A DNA stretch of 64,000 nucleotides. It comes from an uncultured bacterium. Lineage in GTDB: Bacteria; Babelota; Babeliae; Babelales; Babelaceae. The translations under genes and the position numbers were made by a program. Below the pieces are notes generated by a model, which saw nothing but the letters and a program-made list of their open reading frames with translations, was not told the origin of the DNA and ran no database searches. The stretch is from the NCBI GenBank assembly GCA_963848965.1, contig CAWKFG010000001.1:64001-128000 (forward strand). The letters are read 5' to 3'. Within the stretch, counting starts at the first letter, position 1; each line of letters begins with the position of its first letter. Below, piece by piece: positions 1 to 11,093 of this stretch.

Positions 1-1079
<1,079 letters not shown>

Positions 1080-1089
<10 letters not shown>

Positions 1090-1154
1090 CTCAGCGGTAG
1101 AGCACTGCTTTGACGTAGCAGGGGCCAGCGGTTCAAATCCGCTTGCGCCTACCA
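1080..1154 (+). tRNA. tRNA-Val (GAC)
   Basis: Acceptor AGGCGCA/TGCGCCT, D arm GCTC-AGCGGTA-GAGC, anticodon arm CTGCT-TTGACGT-AGCAG, T arm AGCGG-TTCAAAT-CCGCT, encoded CCA. Confidence 0.96.
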
Positions 1155-1173
1155 TTTAATAAGGAGTTTTTGC

Positions 1174-1437
1174 ATGGCAGAAACAGCAAAAAGTAAAATT
1201 ATAGCAGAGTTTAAAAAGAATGAAGGTGATACTGGCTCAGCAGAAGTGCAAATAGCGCTGCTTACAGATCGTATTCGTCAGCTCACAAAGCATTTTGGAA
1301 GTAATCCTAAGGATTTCGGCTCTAAGCGTGGTCTTCTTATATTAGTTGGACGTCGGCGCCGTTTTTTGAGATACTTAGAAGAACATAATCCAACAAAATA
1401 TAAAGAGCTTCTACAACGTTTAGAGTTACGTAAGTGA
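1174..1437 (+). CDS. rpsO: 30S ribosomal protein S15
   Basis: DTGSAEVQIALLTDRI, RGLLILVGRRRR; AAGGAG RBS; directly upstream of pnp. Confidence 0.98.
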   Translation: MAETAKSKIIAEFKKNEGDTGSAEVQIALLTDRIRQLTKHFGSNPKDFGSKRGLLILVGRRRRFLRYLEEHNPTKYKELLQRLELRK

Positions 1438-1457
1438 AGTAACATAGGTTTGCATGT

Positions 1458-3536
1458 ATGGAAAGTAATTTTTTTCTACCCGATTTTAAGTATGAAGTAG
1501 TGCTTGGCAAATTTGCTCAACAGGCAGATGGGGCTGTATGGTTACAGCAGGCAGGAACTGTTGTTTTGGCAACTGTTGTATCTTCTCCTTCATCAGAATT
1601 TCCAGGATTTTTGCCGCTTACTATTGATTATCGGGAGCAGTTTGCTGCGGCAGGCAAGATTCCAGGGGGTTATTACAAAAGAGAAGGTAAATCGAGTGAT
1701 AAAGAGGTTTTAGTAGGACGTCTAATAGATAGAGCAGTACGTCCTCTTTTTCCTGTAAAGTTTTTTGATCAGATTCAGATTATTACTACTGTTTATTCTG
1801 TAGATAAAGAGCATACACCCTATACTTTAGCGCTTATAGCAAGCTCTTTAGCGTTGACAATTTCTAAAATTCCATTTTTAGGGCCGGTAGGATGTGTTGA
1901 AATTGGGCGTATTAACGGACAATGGATAGTGAATCCTACATACTCGCAGAGTTTGGTATCTGATGTAAAAATTACTGTAGCAGGTACTACAGAAGGTATC
2001 TGTATGGTTGAAGGAAATTCAAATCAGATCTCTGAGACTGAGCTTATTGATGCTCTCTTTTTGGCACATGATACTATTAAAAAGCAGGTTGCATGGCAAA
2101 AAGAGATTCAAGCGCAAGTTGGAGTACCTAAAGAAGAGATAGTTGATCAATTTAATTGGGATGAATGGCGTAAAAAAGCAGAAGACTATTTAACTCCTGA
2201 GGCAGTGAGTACGTTATACCACGTGAATAAAATTGATCGTGGTGAAGCTATGTCAGCTCTTAAACAAGGGTTCTTTGATCTTCATGCACAGCAAGCAGAA
2301 GAAGCAGCAGTTTCAAAGACATTCTTAGAATATGTTTTTGATGAAGTGCTTGAAGTAGCTCTTACTGAATATACCTTTAAAACAAGTAAGCGTATTGATC
2401 TTCGGCCGTTCGATCAAGTACGCCCTATTAAGACTGAGGTAGGGTTATTACCATTCAATCACGGTTCTGCGCTTTTTCAGCGTGGTCAAACACAAGCACT
2501 TGTGAGTGTAACGTTGGGTGGCGGACAAGATGAGCAACGTATTGAAGATATTATGGGTAATACTGTAGAAACTTCTTTTATGTTGCATTACAATTTTCCT
2601 CCTTTTTCTGTAGGGGAAGTACGCCCTATGCGTGGTCCAGGAAGGCGTGAGATTGGTCATGGCCATTTAGCAGGAGCTGCAATAAGGCAGGTACTGCCAA
2701 CAAAAGAAAGCTTTCCTTATACTATCCGTATTGTTGCTGATATGTTAGGATCTGATGGTTCTACATCTATGGCAACGGTATGTGGATCTACTATGGCTCT
2801 TATGAATGCAGGCGTTCCTATTACCAGTATGGTAAGTGGAGTCGCTATGGGGCTCTTACAAAATAAAGAGGGTAAATTCCAGGTTCTTACTGACATAGCA
2901 GGGGTAGAAGACGCTTTTGGCCTTATGGACTTTAAGGTAGCAGGAACTGATAAAGGGGTTACTGCTATACAAATGGACATTAAGCATAAGGGCGGATTAG
3001 GACGATCAGTTTTTGAAATGGCATTAGAGCAAGCGCATAAAGGACGTATCCATATTCTTAATGAGATGCGTAAGGTTATGAGTGCTCCTAATCCAAAGCT
3101 TTCAGAATTGGTCCCTCAAATTGTGACGTTAAAGATTCCGACGGATAAAATTGGTGGTGTTATTGGTTCAGGTGGTAAGACTATTAGAGAGATCATTGAG
3201 AAAACAGGAACAACTATTGATATTGAAAATGATGGTCTTGTAAAAATCTTTGGTCATCCTGGTCCTAAACTTGATCTGGCAGTTGCTTTAGTCAAAGCGC
3301 TTTCAGGTCAAATCGAGAAGGGTACAGTATATGCAGGTAAGGTAAAGCGCCTTGCAGATTTTGGCATCTTTGTTGAAATTGCGCCAGGTCTTGATGGCCT
3401 TGTGCATGTATCAGGTATGTCGAAGGAAAGGCGAGATAATTTCTCAAAGACAATGAATGTAGATCAGCCGGTAACAGTTGAAGTAGTAGATTACGATGAC
3501 AATACTGGTCGTATTCGGTTAAAATTAATAGAATAG
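1458..3536 (+). CDS. pnp: Polyribonucleotide nucleotidyltransferase
   Basis: FLPLTIDYRE, AGKIPGG, HYNFPPFSVGE, RREIGHG, MDFKVAGT; KH (IGSGGKTIR) and S1 domains. Confidence 0.98.
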   Translation: MESNFFLPDFKYEVVLGKFAQQADGAVWLQQAGTVVLATVVSSPSSEFPGFLPLTIDYREQFAAAGKIPGGYYKREGKSSDKEVLVGRLIDRAVRPLFPVKFFDQIQIITTVYSVDKEHTPYTLALIASSLALTISKIPFLGPVGCVEIGRINGQWIVNPTYSQSLVSDVKITVAGTTEGICMVEGNSNQISETELIDALFLAHDTIKKQVAWQKEIQAQVGVPKEEIVDQFNWDEWRKKAEDYLTPEAVSTLYHVNKIDRGEAMSALKQGFFDLHAQQAEEAAVSKTFLEYVFDEVLEVALTEYTFKTSKRIDLRPFDQVRPIKTEVGLLPFNHGSALFQRGQTQALVSVTLGGGQDEQRIEDIMGNTVETSFMLHYNFPPFSVGEVRPMRGPGRREIGHGHLAGAAIRQVLPTKESFPYTIRIVADMLGSDGSTSMATVCGSTMALMNAGVPITSMVSGVAMGLLQNKEGKFQVLTDIAGVEDAFGLMDFKVAGTDKGVTAIQMDIKHKGGLGRSVFEMALEQAHKGRIHILNEMRKVMSAPNPKLSELVPQIVTLKIPTDKIGGVIGSGGKTIREIIEKTGTTIDIENDGLVKIFGHPGPKLDLAVALVKALSGQIEKGTVYAGKVKRLADFGIFVEIAPGLDGLVHVSGMSKERRDNFSKTMNVDQPVTVEVVDYDDNTGRIRLKLIE

Positions 3537-3541
3537 GTACT

Positions 3542-4342
3542 ATGGCTAGTAAATTTATTCGAACAGCACAGCGATCACATGATCAGCTGCGCTCTTTACG
3601 TGTAACATATGATGTCTTTAATTATGCAGCGGGTTCTACGCTTTTTGAGATGGGCAATACAAAAGTGCTCTGCTCTGTAACGCTGCAGCAAGGAGTTCCT
3701 CACTTTTTACGTGGTAAAAAGAGTGGATGGTTAACAGCAGAGTATTCTTTGCTGCCAGCTTCAACTCCTATCAGAACGGTGCGAGAGATTACTGCAAATA
3801 AGCGTAGTGGTCGTACTATTGAGATTTCTCGTCTCATTGGTCGTGCATTACGTTCTGTGGTAAATCTTGATGTACTTGGTGAGCAGACAATTTTTATAGA
3901 TTGTGATGTATTGCAAGCAGATGGTGGAACACGAACTGCGTGTATTACAGGAGCTTACTTAGCGCTTAAGGCAGCAGAAGTGACATGGTTGCAAAAGGGG
4001 TATATAGATTGTGCTCTATTGGCAGATGAACTTGGTGCTGTTTCAGTAGGTTTTGCTCAAGATACGCCACTGTTGGACTTAGACTTTGTAGAAGATAGTG
4101 CTACAGAAGCAGATTTTAACTTTGTGCTTACCAGGTCAGGCAAGGTTATTGAAATACAAGGATCTGCAGAGCGGTATCCACTTACTTGGGAGCAATATGA
4201 TAGAATGAAATCATTGGCTCTTAAAGGAGTACAGGATCTTTTTGGATTCTACGATCGTTCAATATACAATTACTCAGGAGCTGATGAGCGTATGCATAGT
4301 GCTCATGCAGAGAAGCCTCTTTATCATTCTGCATACGAATAA
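3542..4342 (+). CDS. rph: Ribonuclease PH
   Basis: GWLTAEYSLLP, GRTIEISRLIGRALR, DCDVLQADGGTRTA, EIQGSAE. Confidence 0.96.
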   Translation: MASKFIRTAQRSHDQLRSLRVTYDVFNYAAGSTLFEMGNTKVLCSVTLQQGVPHFLRGKKSGWLTAEYSLLPASTPIRTVREITANKRSGRTIEISRLIGRALRSVVNLDVLGEQTIFIDCDVLQADGGTRTACITGAYLALKAAEVTWLQKGYIDCALLADELGAVSVGFAQDTPLLDLDFVEDSATEADFNFVLTRSGKVIEIQGSAERYPLTWEQYDRMKSLALKGVQDLFGFYDRSIYNYSGADERMHSAHAEKPLYHSAYE

Positions 4343-4369
4343 ATATCCACTTTTTTCTTAAAAATAACG

Positions 4370-4396
4370 ATCCCTGCCATCTGGCGGGGATTTTTT
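4370..4396 (+). terminator. Intrinsic terminator after rph
   Basis: ATCCCTGCCA-TC-TGGCGGGGAT hairpin followed by a T tract. Confidence 0.8.
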
Positions 4397-4556
4397 ATGC
4401 TCTCAGTTGCTTGAGTTTCTCATAAATGTTCTATAGAATTTATCAGAGAGTAATGCTATGTATTGAATGAGCAAAAGAGAGGAGGTAATAGAGAGAAAGT
4501 CAAAGTGATAGTGTAGGTGTGGTATTGGAGGTAAAATGATAACTACAGGAGTTTTA

Positions 4557-6209
4557 ATGAAAAAAATAGTAAGTACTAGTGTACTGAGTATACTAGTAAG
4601 CATGTCAGCAGTATGTTTTGGAGCACCTGGTGATTTGGATACAACATTTGGTACTGGTGGAAGAGTTGTTACTCCTTTTGGTGGAGCAAATGCCCGAGCT
4701 TTTGCAGTAGCATTGCAGTTTATAAATAATCAAGTTAAAATAGTAGCGGCAGGATTTTCAGGAGATAACTTTGCTCTTGCACGATATCTGTCTGACGGGC
4801 GTTTGGATAATAGCACAAATAACCCAGTTAATCCATTTAGAAGTAATGGAAGATTTACTACTGATTTAGGCGGTAATGATCAAGCAAGAGCACTATTAAT
4901 ACAGCCTGATAATAAAATAGTAGCAGTCGGTTTTAGCGTTCAAGGTGGCAGAGGAAGATTCGCGCTTGTACGATATTTTCCTAACGGAAATGTAGATGGG
5001 TCATTCGGTAATAATGGAAGAGTTATTACTGACTTTCCTGGATTGGATGCGCGTGCTTTTGGAGCAGATTTCCGTGATGGTAAAATAGTAGTAGCAGGTG
5101 TTGCAGGAAATAGTTTTGCTCTTGCACGATATAATGATGATGGAACTTTAGATACATCGTTTAACCCTGGCGGTCAAAATTCGGCACGGCCTGGTACAGT
5201 TATTACTGATTTTGGAGTTGTTTCACAAGCAAATGCAGTAGCAATACAGTCAGATGGTAGAATAGTAGCAGCAGGTTTTGCAGGAAATAGTTTTGCTCTT
5301 GCACGGTATAATGATGATGGAACTTTAGATAACTCATTTAGCGGTGATGGAAGAGTTATTACTCCTATAGGAAGCGTTTCACAAGCAAATGCAATAGCAC
5401 TAACTGCTGATGGAATTCTTGTTGCAGGATTTTCAGGAAGTAATTTTGCTCTTGCGCGATATAATGATAATGGAAGTTTAGATAACTCATTTGGTGGTGA
5501 TGGAAGAGTTACTACTAATATTGGTGGTAATGAGCAAGCAAATGCAGTAGTAGTACAGTCAGATGGTAGAATTGTTGCTGCAGGGTTCTCTAATAGAAAT
5601 GGGACTAACGATTTTGCTCTTGTACGGTATCTATCTAATGGACGTTTGGATACTTCATTTAATCCTACAGGTCAAGGCGCGCGGCCTGGGATAGTCCTTA
5701 CGAATTTTGGTGGTAATAGTGATCGAGTACAAGCACTAACACTACTGCCTGATGGGATAGTCGCTGCTGGCTTTAGTGCTCTTACTTCAAATGGTAGAGG
5801 AAGATTTGCTCTTGCTCGTTATCTTATTGATGGAGCTGCTGCTTCTGTTGCTATTACTTCTTCAACACCGCCTAATGGTAGTACAATTTCAGGAAATACT
5901 GCGAGTTTTGAAGGAACGGCCACTGCTCACACTACTGTAACTGTTTTTGATAGTACAGATAGCGGTAATTTTACTGCATTGGGTACGGTAGAAGTTAATG
6001 AGAATAAGCAATGGAGATTCACGACGGGAAACCTTTCTCTTGGTAGAAATACTTTTGTAGCTGCTGAGACTAATAGTCAAGGACAAATAATTAGTAGTTT
6101 ATCAAATCCTGTTACTATTACTGTTGTAGAAAGAGCTCCTTGTGATAGTGCTTGGATTCAAGCTATCTTTAATAAACATTGTCGAAACTGTGAAGTTGCT
6201 ACTTCATAG
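4557..6209 (+). CDS. Secreted delta-60-repeat beta-propeller protein with C-terminal Ig-like domain and Cys-rich tail
   Basis: AGGAG RBS before ATG 4557; signal peptide; repeated FALARYN.DG.LD.SFG..G.V.T and QSDGRIVAAG units; Ig-like GTATAHTTVTV segment; ends CDSAWIQAIFNKHCRNC. Confidence 0.85.
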   Translation: MKKIVSTSVLSILVSMSAVCFGAPGDLDTTFGTGGRVVTPFGGANARAFAVALQFINNQVKIVAAGFSGDNFALARYLSDGRLDNSTNNPVNPFRSNGRFTTDLGGNDQARALLIQPDNKIVAVGFSVQGGRGRFALVRYFPNGNVDGSFGNNGRVITDFPGLDARAFGADFRDGKIVVAGVAGNSFALARYNDDGTLDTSFNPGGQNSARPGTVITDFGVVSQANAVAIQSDGRIVAAGFAGNSFALARYNDDGTLDNSFSGDGRVITPIGSVSQANAIALTADGILVAGFSGSNFALARYNDNGSLDNSFGGDGRVTTNIGGNEQANAVVVQSDGRIVAAGFSNRNGTNDFALVRYLSNGRLDTSFNPTGQGARPGIVLTNFGGNSDRVQALTLLPDGIVAAGFSALTSNGRGRFALARYLIDGAAASVAITSSTPPNGSTISGNTASFEGTATAHTTVTVFDSTDSGNFTALGTVEVNENKQWRFTTGNLSLGRNTFVAAETNSQGQIISSLSNPVTITVVERAPCDSAWIQAIFNKHCRNCEVATS

Positions 6210-6279
6210 AGTGCTTTAGAAGCTGTACAGAGAGAAAGTAACATACCTACAGGTAATTTTTACTTCTTCTTAAAAGCAA

Positions 6280-6310
6280 TGATCCCTACCATATGGTAGG
6301 GATTTTTTTT
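6280..6310 (+). terminator. Intrinsic terminator
   Basis: ATCCCTACCA-TA-TGGTAGGGAT hairpin plus long T tract. Confidence 0.85.
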
Positions 6311-6346
6311 GCCATGAGAATTGTTGATTTGTTTGTGGAGGCATAG

Positions 6347-7363
6347 TATCTTGAAACTTCAGGTAACTTTAGTATTCAAACTTCTGCATTAAGTAGTGGA
6401 AATCATACGATTCAAGCAGCATCTGCATCTGCACCTACATGTAGATCTGCTGGGTTGATAGTAACAGTTCCTCAAAAGCCTGCAGCTCCTACAATTACGA
6501 GTGTAACATCCGATTGTGCAGGACGAGTAACGGTACGAGGTACAGCACAACCAAGTTCTACGGTACAAGTATTTGTAGATGGGTCAACAACTCCAGCTGC
6601 TACCTCAAACGGTAACTTTGTTCTTACTACAGGACCGTTATCACCAGGTACAGACACTATTAGAGTGATTGCTACTGTTGCTGGCTGTCAGAGTGATCCG
6701 GCAACAAGAACTATAACCATAGCAGCATCTTATATACTCCCTACACCAACGCTTAACCAAGTTGTAGTTCAAAGTGGGCAACAAAGAGTAAGAGCTATTG
6801 GTCAGGCGTCAAGAAACGCTCTTGTAATAGTATTTGCAAATGGTGTCAGAATAGGGTGTGGTAGATCAAATGCGGGAGATGGTAGCTTTAATATTCAATC
6901 AAGCCCTCTTGCTCCAGGGACATATACCATAACAGTAGCACAAGCTACCGGTAATAACTGTAACAATGTAACATGTATAGGTAATCAATCAAATGGTATA
7001 CAAGTAACTATAGGTGGATCATCATTTGCTTTATTGTCAGCTCAAGTACAATCAGATGATACAGTGCTTTTAGAGGGAATAGCTGTTGCAAATTCAAGCC
7101 TTGCAGCACTTGTTGATGGACAACACAATGGTAATGGTAGTACTGCTAATGAGATTGGTAGTTTTAGCTTTATTACAGCTAAATTAGCTCATGGTACTCA
7201 TGTTGTACAAGTAGCTGAGACAAGCACACAATCACCAAGATCAACAAGAATATCAAATGCTCTTACTGTTGTTATAGGTGCACAAAATAATTGTACTAAT
7301 AACGGCTGGATTAAAGCTATTTTCGATAAATATTGTAATCTGTGTAGTGTGACAAATACTTAG
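6347..7363 (+). pseudogene. 5'-truncated Ig-like repeat surface protein (possibly still expressed from TTG 6455)
   Basis: Frame is open from 6347 and begins mid Ig domain (ETSGNFSIQTSALSSGNHTIQA) with no ATG or signal peptide; three further Ig-like units; ends CTNNGWIKAIFDKYCNLC. Confidence 0.65.
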
Positions 7364-7376
7364 TTCATTTGAATCT

Positions 7377-7408
7377 TAAGAGGCGTAGTGAAAACACTAC
7401 GCCTCTTA
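7377..7408. terminator. Bidirectional terminator hairpin between convergent genes
   Basis: Perfect 14-bp stem TAAGAGGCGTAGTG-AAAA-CACTACGCCTCTTA. Confidence 0.85.
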
Positions 7409-7432
7409 GTATTTTTCTAGAGAAGCCTGATG

Positions 7433-9208
7433 TTATTCTGTAGTTGTTTTTTCTGAAAGAGCTTGTGTGTTTTTTAAAAGTTTAGCAATTTCAGGAAGAT
7501 TAAGCTCATATGCTAAGTCAAGAGCTGTTTTTCCGAGGGTATTTTGAGCAGTCTTATCTGCTCCTAATGCAAGGAGTTCTTGTATGTACTTTGTATACCT
7601 GTGCATTACTGCCAGCATTAAAGGGGTTGTCCCTTTATCGTCACAAGGGGTATTAAGAGCATGTTGTAACGTAATAGTGTCGATTAAGAATTTTTTGGCA
7701 CAAACAGCTTTGTGAGATTTCCACTCTTTTTTTTGACACTCAGAAGAGCAATACTTGAATATATGGCACCGATCACATAATAAAAGTGGTTGAGAAGTAG
7801 CTTTACAATGAGCACATGCGTTAAAGTCTAGAGTTGGTTGAACTCGCTTTAAATCTTCTATTAGAGAACCATAGTGCGTGTCTTTAAATGCGTTTTTTTT
7901 GTCCATAAAGGTTAGATACCCATTTCTGATGACGCTACTAAATATAGCTTTCTCTTGAGTATGAGGTATATTTACCCGCGCGCCTTGTTCAAGAAGTAGT
8001 GCAATAAGGTCTTGAGGAATTTTTTTAGAGAGTGCATGGAATAGAGCAGTATGACCATTGTTGTCATGCTCATTAATATCGGCCTTACAGCTTGCCATAA
8101 GATTTAAGATCGGTATAAGTATGTCAAGACTATTAGCACAGATAGCCATCATTAAAGGTGTCTTTCCATTATCGTCATGTGCTTCTGTAATAAAGGGAAA
8201 ATGTAAGAGCAGCTCTTTTTTATTTCCTTTTATTAGATTACGAGTAAGAGCAAGCTTAAAGGCAGAGGATTTTTGTAGCTTGAAGAAAAAAAGTCCGAAT
8301 GTGTAGATATCAAAGGGCGCACCATGTTCTACAAGAGTACAGATAGTTTCTTCATCTTCATAAGGAACAGCAAAATTTAAGAGCAATCCATGCTTAGGAT
8401 AGTTGGCTGTAACGTTGGCTCCTGCTTCAACGAGTGCAGTTACTACTTTGCTATATTTACCTTGTATAGCAAGATGAAGTGCAGTGTATCCTTCCTTATT
8501 TACTGCATTAATATTTTCTTTAGATGCCTTAAGAATCATTTGTACTATCTCAAGATGCCCTTGAGCAGATGCTATAATAAGTGGCGTATTACCAAGTATA
8601 TTGTAGGTTAAAGGAGTAGCGCCTTTTTCAAGTAATTCCTTAACAATTGTGATATATCCTCCATGTGAGGCATGAGATAAACATGTTTCTCCGCCATGCA
8701 AAGAAGTAGTAACATTCGCTCCTAAAGAGAGGAGTAATTGTACTATTTTTAAAAAACCCTTTTGTACGGCTATAGTTAAAGCATTATCTCTTTGAGTACA
8801 TGCTTTTTGATTTTTGAAGTTGAAGTATTTAAGTACGAGACGTACAAGTGCTTCATTGCCACGTGTTACTGCATAAATAAGAGCAGAGCCATTATCTCGA
8901 GTTTCTTCATAAACAGGTGCCTTTGCTTCTAATAGAATACGAACAACTTCTATTTTTTGATTATCAATAGCCATTATTAGAGGAGTCATACCATTCTGAG
9001 GAGACTTTGTATTTATATCTGCTCCAGCATGTAAGAGCGCTTTAACTGTTGCAACTTCTCCATTACATGCTGCTATAAGAAGTTGCAAATTTTTTGCTTC
9101 TTGCACGGAAAGTGGCCGTATGGAATGATTTTTTTCCTTTTGCATACCATATGTTATAGAAAAGAAGGAAAGAAATAGAAGTGAATAGATACAGAGATAG
9201 TTATTCAT
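7433..9208 (-). CDS. Secreted ankyrin-repeat protein with MYND zinc finger
   Basis: Probable start 9208 (MNNYLC...ITYG|MQKE); many G.TPL..A ankyrin repeats; CAHC...LLLCDRCHIFKYCSSECQKKEWKSHKAVC matches zf-MYND. Confidence 0.9.
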   Translation of the reverse strand: MNNYLCIYSLLFLSFFSITYGMQKEKNHSIRPLSVQEAKNLQLLIAACNGEVATVKALLHAGADINTKSPQNGMTPLIMAIDNQKIEVVRILLEAKAPVYEETRDNGSALIYAVTRGNEALVRLVLKYFNFKNQKACTQRDNALTIAVQKGFLKIVQLLLSLGANVTTSLHGGETCLSHASHGGYITIVKELLEKGATPLTYNILGNTPLIIASAQGHLEIVQMILKASKENINAVNKEGYTALHLAIQGKYSKVVTALVEAGANVTANYPKHGLLLNFAVPYEDEETICTLVEHGAPFDIYTFGLFFFKLQKSSAFKLALTRNLIKGNKKELLLHFPFITEAHDDNGKTPLMMAICANSLDILIPILNLMASCKADINEHDNNGHTALFHALSKKIPQDLIALLLEQGARVNIPHTQEKAIFSSVIRNGYLTFMDKKNAFKDTHYGSLIEDLKRVQPTLDFNACAHCKATSQPLLLCDRCHIFKYCSSECQKKEWKSHKAVCAKKFLIDTITLQHALNTPCDDKGTTPLMLAVMHRYTKYIQELLALGADKTAQNTLGKTALDLAYELNLPEIAKLLKNTQALSEKTTTE

Positions 9209-9368
9209 AAAAAGTCCTAGGTAAAAATACAAGAAGAAGTCTATTATTTTATTTATAATAAGCATAAATATGAGTAAAAAATTGTCAAGGATCCTCTCTT
9301 TCTTGGCGTTCTTTATAATTCTACGTATACTATAAGAGATAGTAAAAACTTTTTAGAGTAGAAACACA

Positions 9369-10295
9369 ATGCATGCTCTTGATTTTATGAAATCACTTAG
9401 TGCTTCTGGCAATCCAAGTCCAGGCCCACTTACGTTTCATAGCTCTCAATTTTCTCCGTTATTTCTTTTTTGTTTTCAGTCGTATATACGGTCTTTTTTG
9501 TCGCTTACGATACTGGATGTCTATAACCAGCCTTTTGAAAGCTTAAAGGGGTTATGTGAAACAAGCTTTTTGGGAATGCAAGCATTTTATTGGTTTAAGG
9601 ATTTTCATCTTCTTGATGCACATTCAAAACGTAAGTGGTTGGAATACCTTAAACAGTATAAAGGGCCTCATACTATTTTTCTTTTTGATACAGGCAATCC
9701 AGTATTAGAAACGTTGTATACACTTCCTGAATTTGTTTCTAAAGATCTTTATAAAGAGCTCTGTATGTTCTTTTTTCCCGAGATACCTCTTGAGAAAGAG
9801 TTTCTCTTAAAACTTTTTGAAAAGAAAGAAAAATTGAGTCTTGAAGAGGCTATTATTGTAATGAATTATCAAATGGCAGTGGGCAAAAAAGTCGATGCAT
9901 TTTTTCATGACTGGTTTTCTAAGATTTTTGTACCAGAACATTCTCTTTTTACGTTAAGTCAACATCTGTTTGCGCAGCAATCAAAAGACTTTTTTTCTTT
10001 GTGGTCTCACTGTTCATCGGAGTATCCGCTTGAATTCTGGACTGCCTACTGGTCTGAACAAGTATGGCAAGGAGCTTTATTTGTGTTACGAGTTCAACAA
10101 GAGGGTATTGTAGTAGCAAAAAAGTATGCTCAACGATTGCCCTTTTCTTTTATAAATAAAGACTGGAAAAAGCATACGTATAAAAAGCTTGTTGATGCAC
10201 ATCATGCTCTTTATATGCTTGACCATACGGTAAAAAATGGAGGAGCGGACTACGGACTTGAAGTTTGGTACTACACGTTTTTGAAAAATACCTAA
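9369..10295 (+). CDS. Hypothetical protein, probably a divergent DNA polymerase III delta subunit (HolA-like)
   Basis: About 310 aa; TSFLG after the first helix, SLFTL, and C-terminal LYMLDHTVKNG...LE resemble HolA (L...D..IKtG....LE). Confidence 0.5.
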   Translation: MHALDFMKSLSASGNPSPGPLTFHSSQFSPLFLFCFQSYIRSFLSLTILDVYNQPFESLKGLCETSFLGMQAFYWFKDFHLLDAHSKRKWLEYLKQYKGPHTIFLFDTGNPVLETLYTLPEFVSKDLYKELCMFFFPEIPLEKEFLLKLFEKKEKLSLEEAIIVMNYQMAVGKKVDAFFHDWFSKIFVPEHSLFTLSQHLFAQQSKDFFSLWSHCSSEYPLEFWTAYWSEQVWQGALFVLRVQQEGIVVAKKYAQRLPFSFINKDWKKHTYKKLVDAHHALYMLDHTVKNGGADYGLEVWYYTFLKNT

Positions 10296-10297
10296 TG

Positions 10298-11089
10298 TTA
10301 TTCGAGTTCAAGCCGGGCAAGACCTCTTACTCTACTTCTTTTAAATGCCGCATTAAAAGTCATGAGTGCTAGAGTAAGATAGAGAGCATTGAGTCCATAG
10401 CTTATAAGCAGATAATGTACAGGAACCTGTTGTGTACTTACAAAACTTCTAATTCCTTCAAAAACATACGTCATAGGCAATATTCGTGCTATTATTTGTG
10501 CCCATGGTGGTAATACTTCAAGTGGATAAAATACAGCGCTAAATGGTACAAAGAACCAGCCCATTACCCATACAAGCTTTTGAACACTTTGACCCCAATA
10601 AGCAAGACATGCTGCTGTTAAAAATCCAACAGTCCATCCTGAAAGTATAAGTGATACAAAAAAGGGGATAAGCATCCAGCCAACAGACGGAATAGCAATA
10701 CCATAGAGAAGCCATACAGCAAACATACCAAATGATACAGCTATGCAGGTATTAATAGTTCCTATAAGTAATGCAGATACAGTCCACTCAGAGAGCTTAA
10801 GCGGAGTTGCAAAAAGATTAACAATATTGCGTGCCCATAGTTCTGTAAGAAAGTTAAGAGACACATCTAGGTTTGCTCTATAGGAAGCTTGCCACATGAC
10901 AAGAGCAGTAAGGATTGCAAGTGTTGAATGTGATGTGCTTACTTGTGCAGTTTGAAGCCAATGAGCAGTAAAACCCCACACCATAATATCATAGAAGGGC
11001 CAATAGAAAAAATCTACCAAAGGATCTAGTCCTCGAAATGTAATAAGAAATGTTCGTTCAATAAGTGCTTTTATGCGATAGAATTTCAT
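10298..11089 (-). CDS. ABC-2 type transporter permease
   Basis: About six TM segments; FSAVFYPLEVLPPWAQ..A..LP.TY..EG.R motif; probable start 11089. Confidence 0.9.
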   Translation of the reverse strand: MKFYRIKALIERTFLITFRGLDPLVDFFYWPFYDIMVWGFTAHWLQTAQVSTSHSTLAILTALVMWQASYRANLDVSLNFLTELWARNIVNLFATPLKLSEWTVSALLIGTINTCIAVSFGMFAVWLLYGIAIPSVGWMLIPFFVSLILSGWTVGFLTAACLAYWGQSVQKLVWVMGWFFVPFSAVFYPLEVLPPWAQIIARILPMTYVFEGIRSFVSTQQVPVHYLLISYGLNALYLTLALMTFNAAFKRSRVRGLARLELE

Positions 11090-11093
11090 ACTA

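Noticed and set aside
5100..5510. CRISPR-like spaced direct repeats
   Set aside because: They are in-frame coding repeats of the delta-60 propeller; no cas genes are present.
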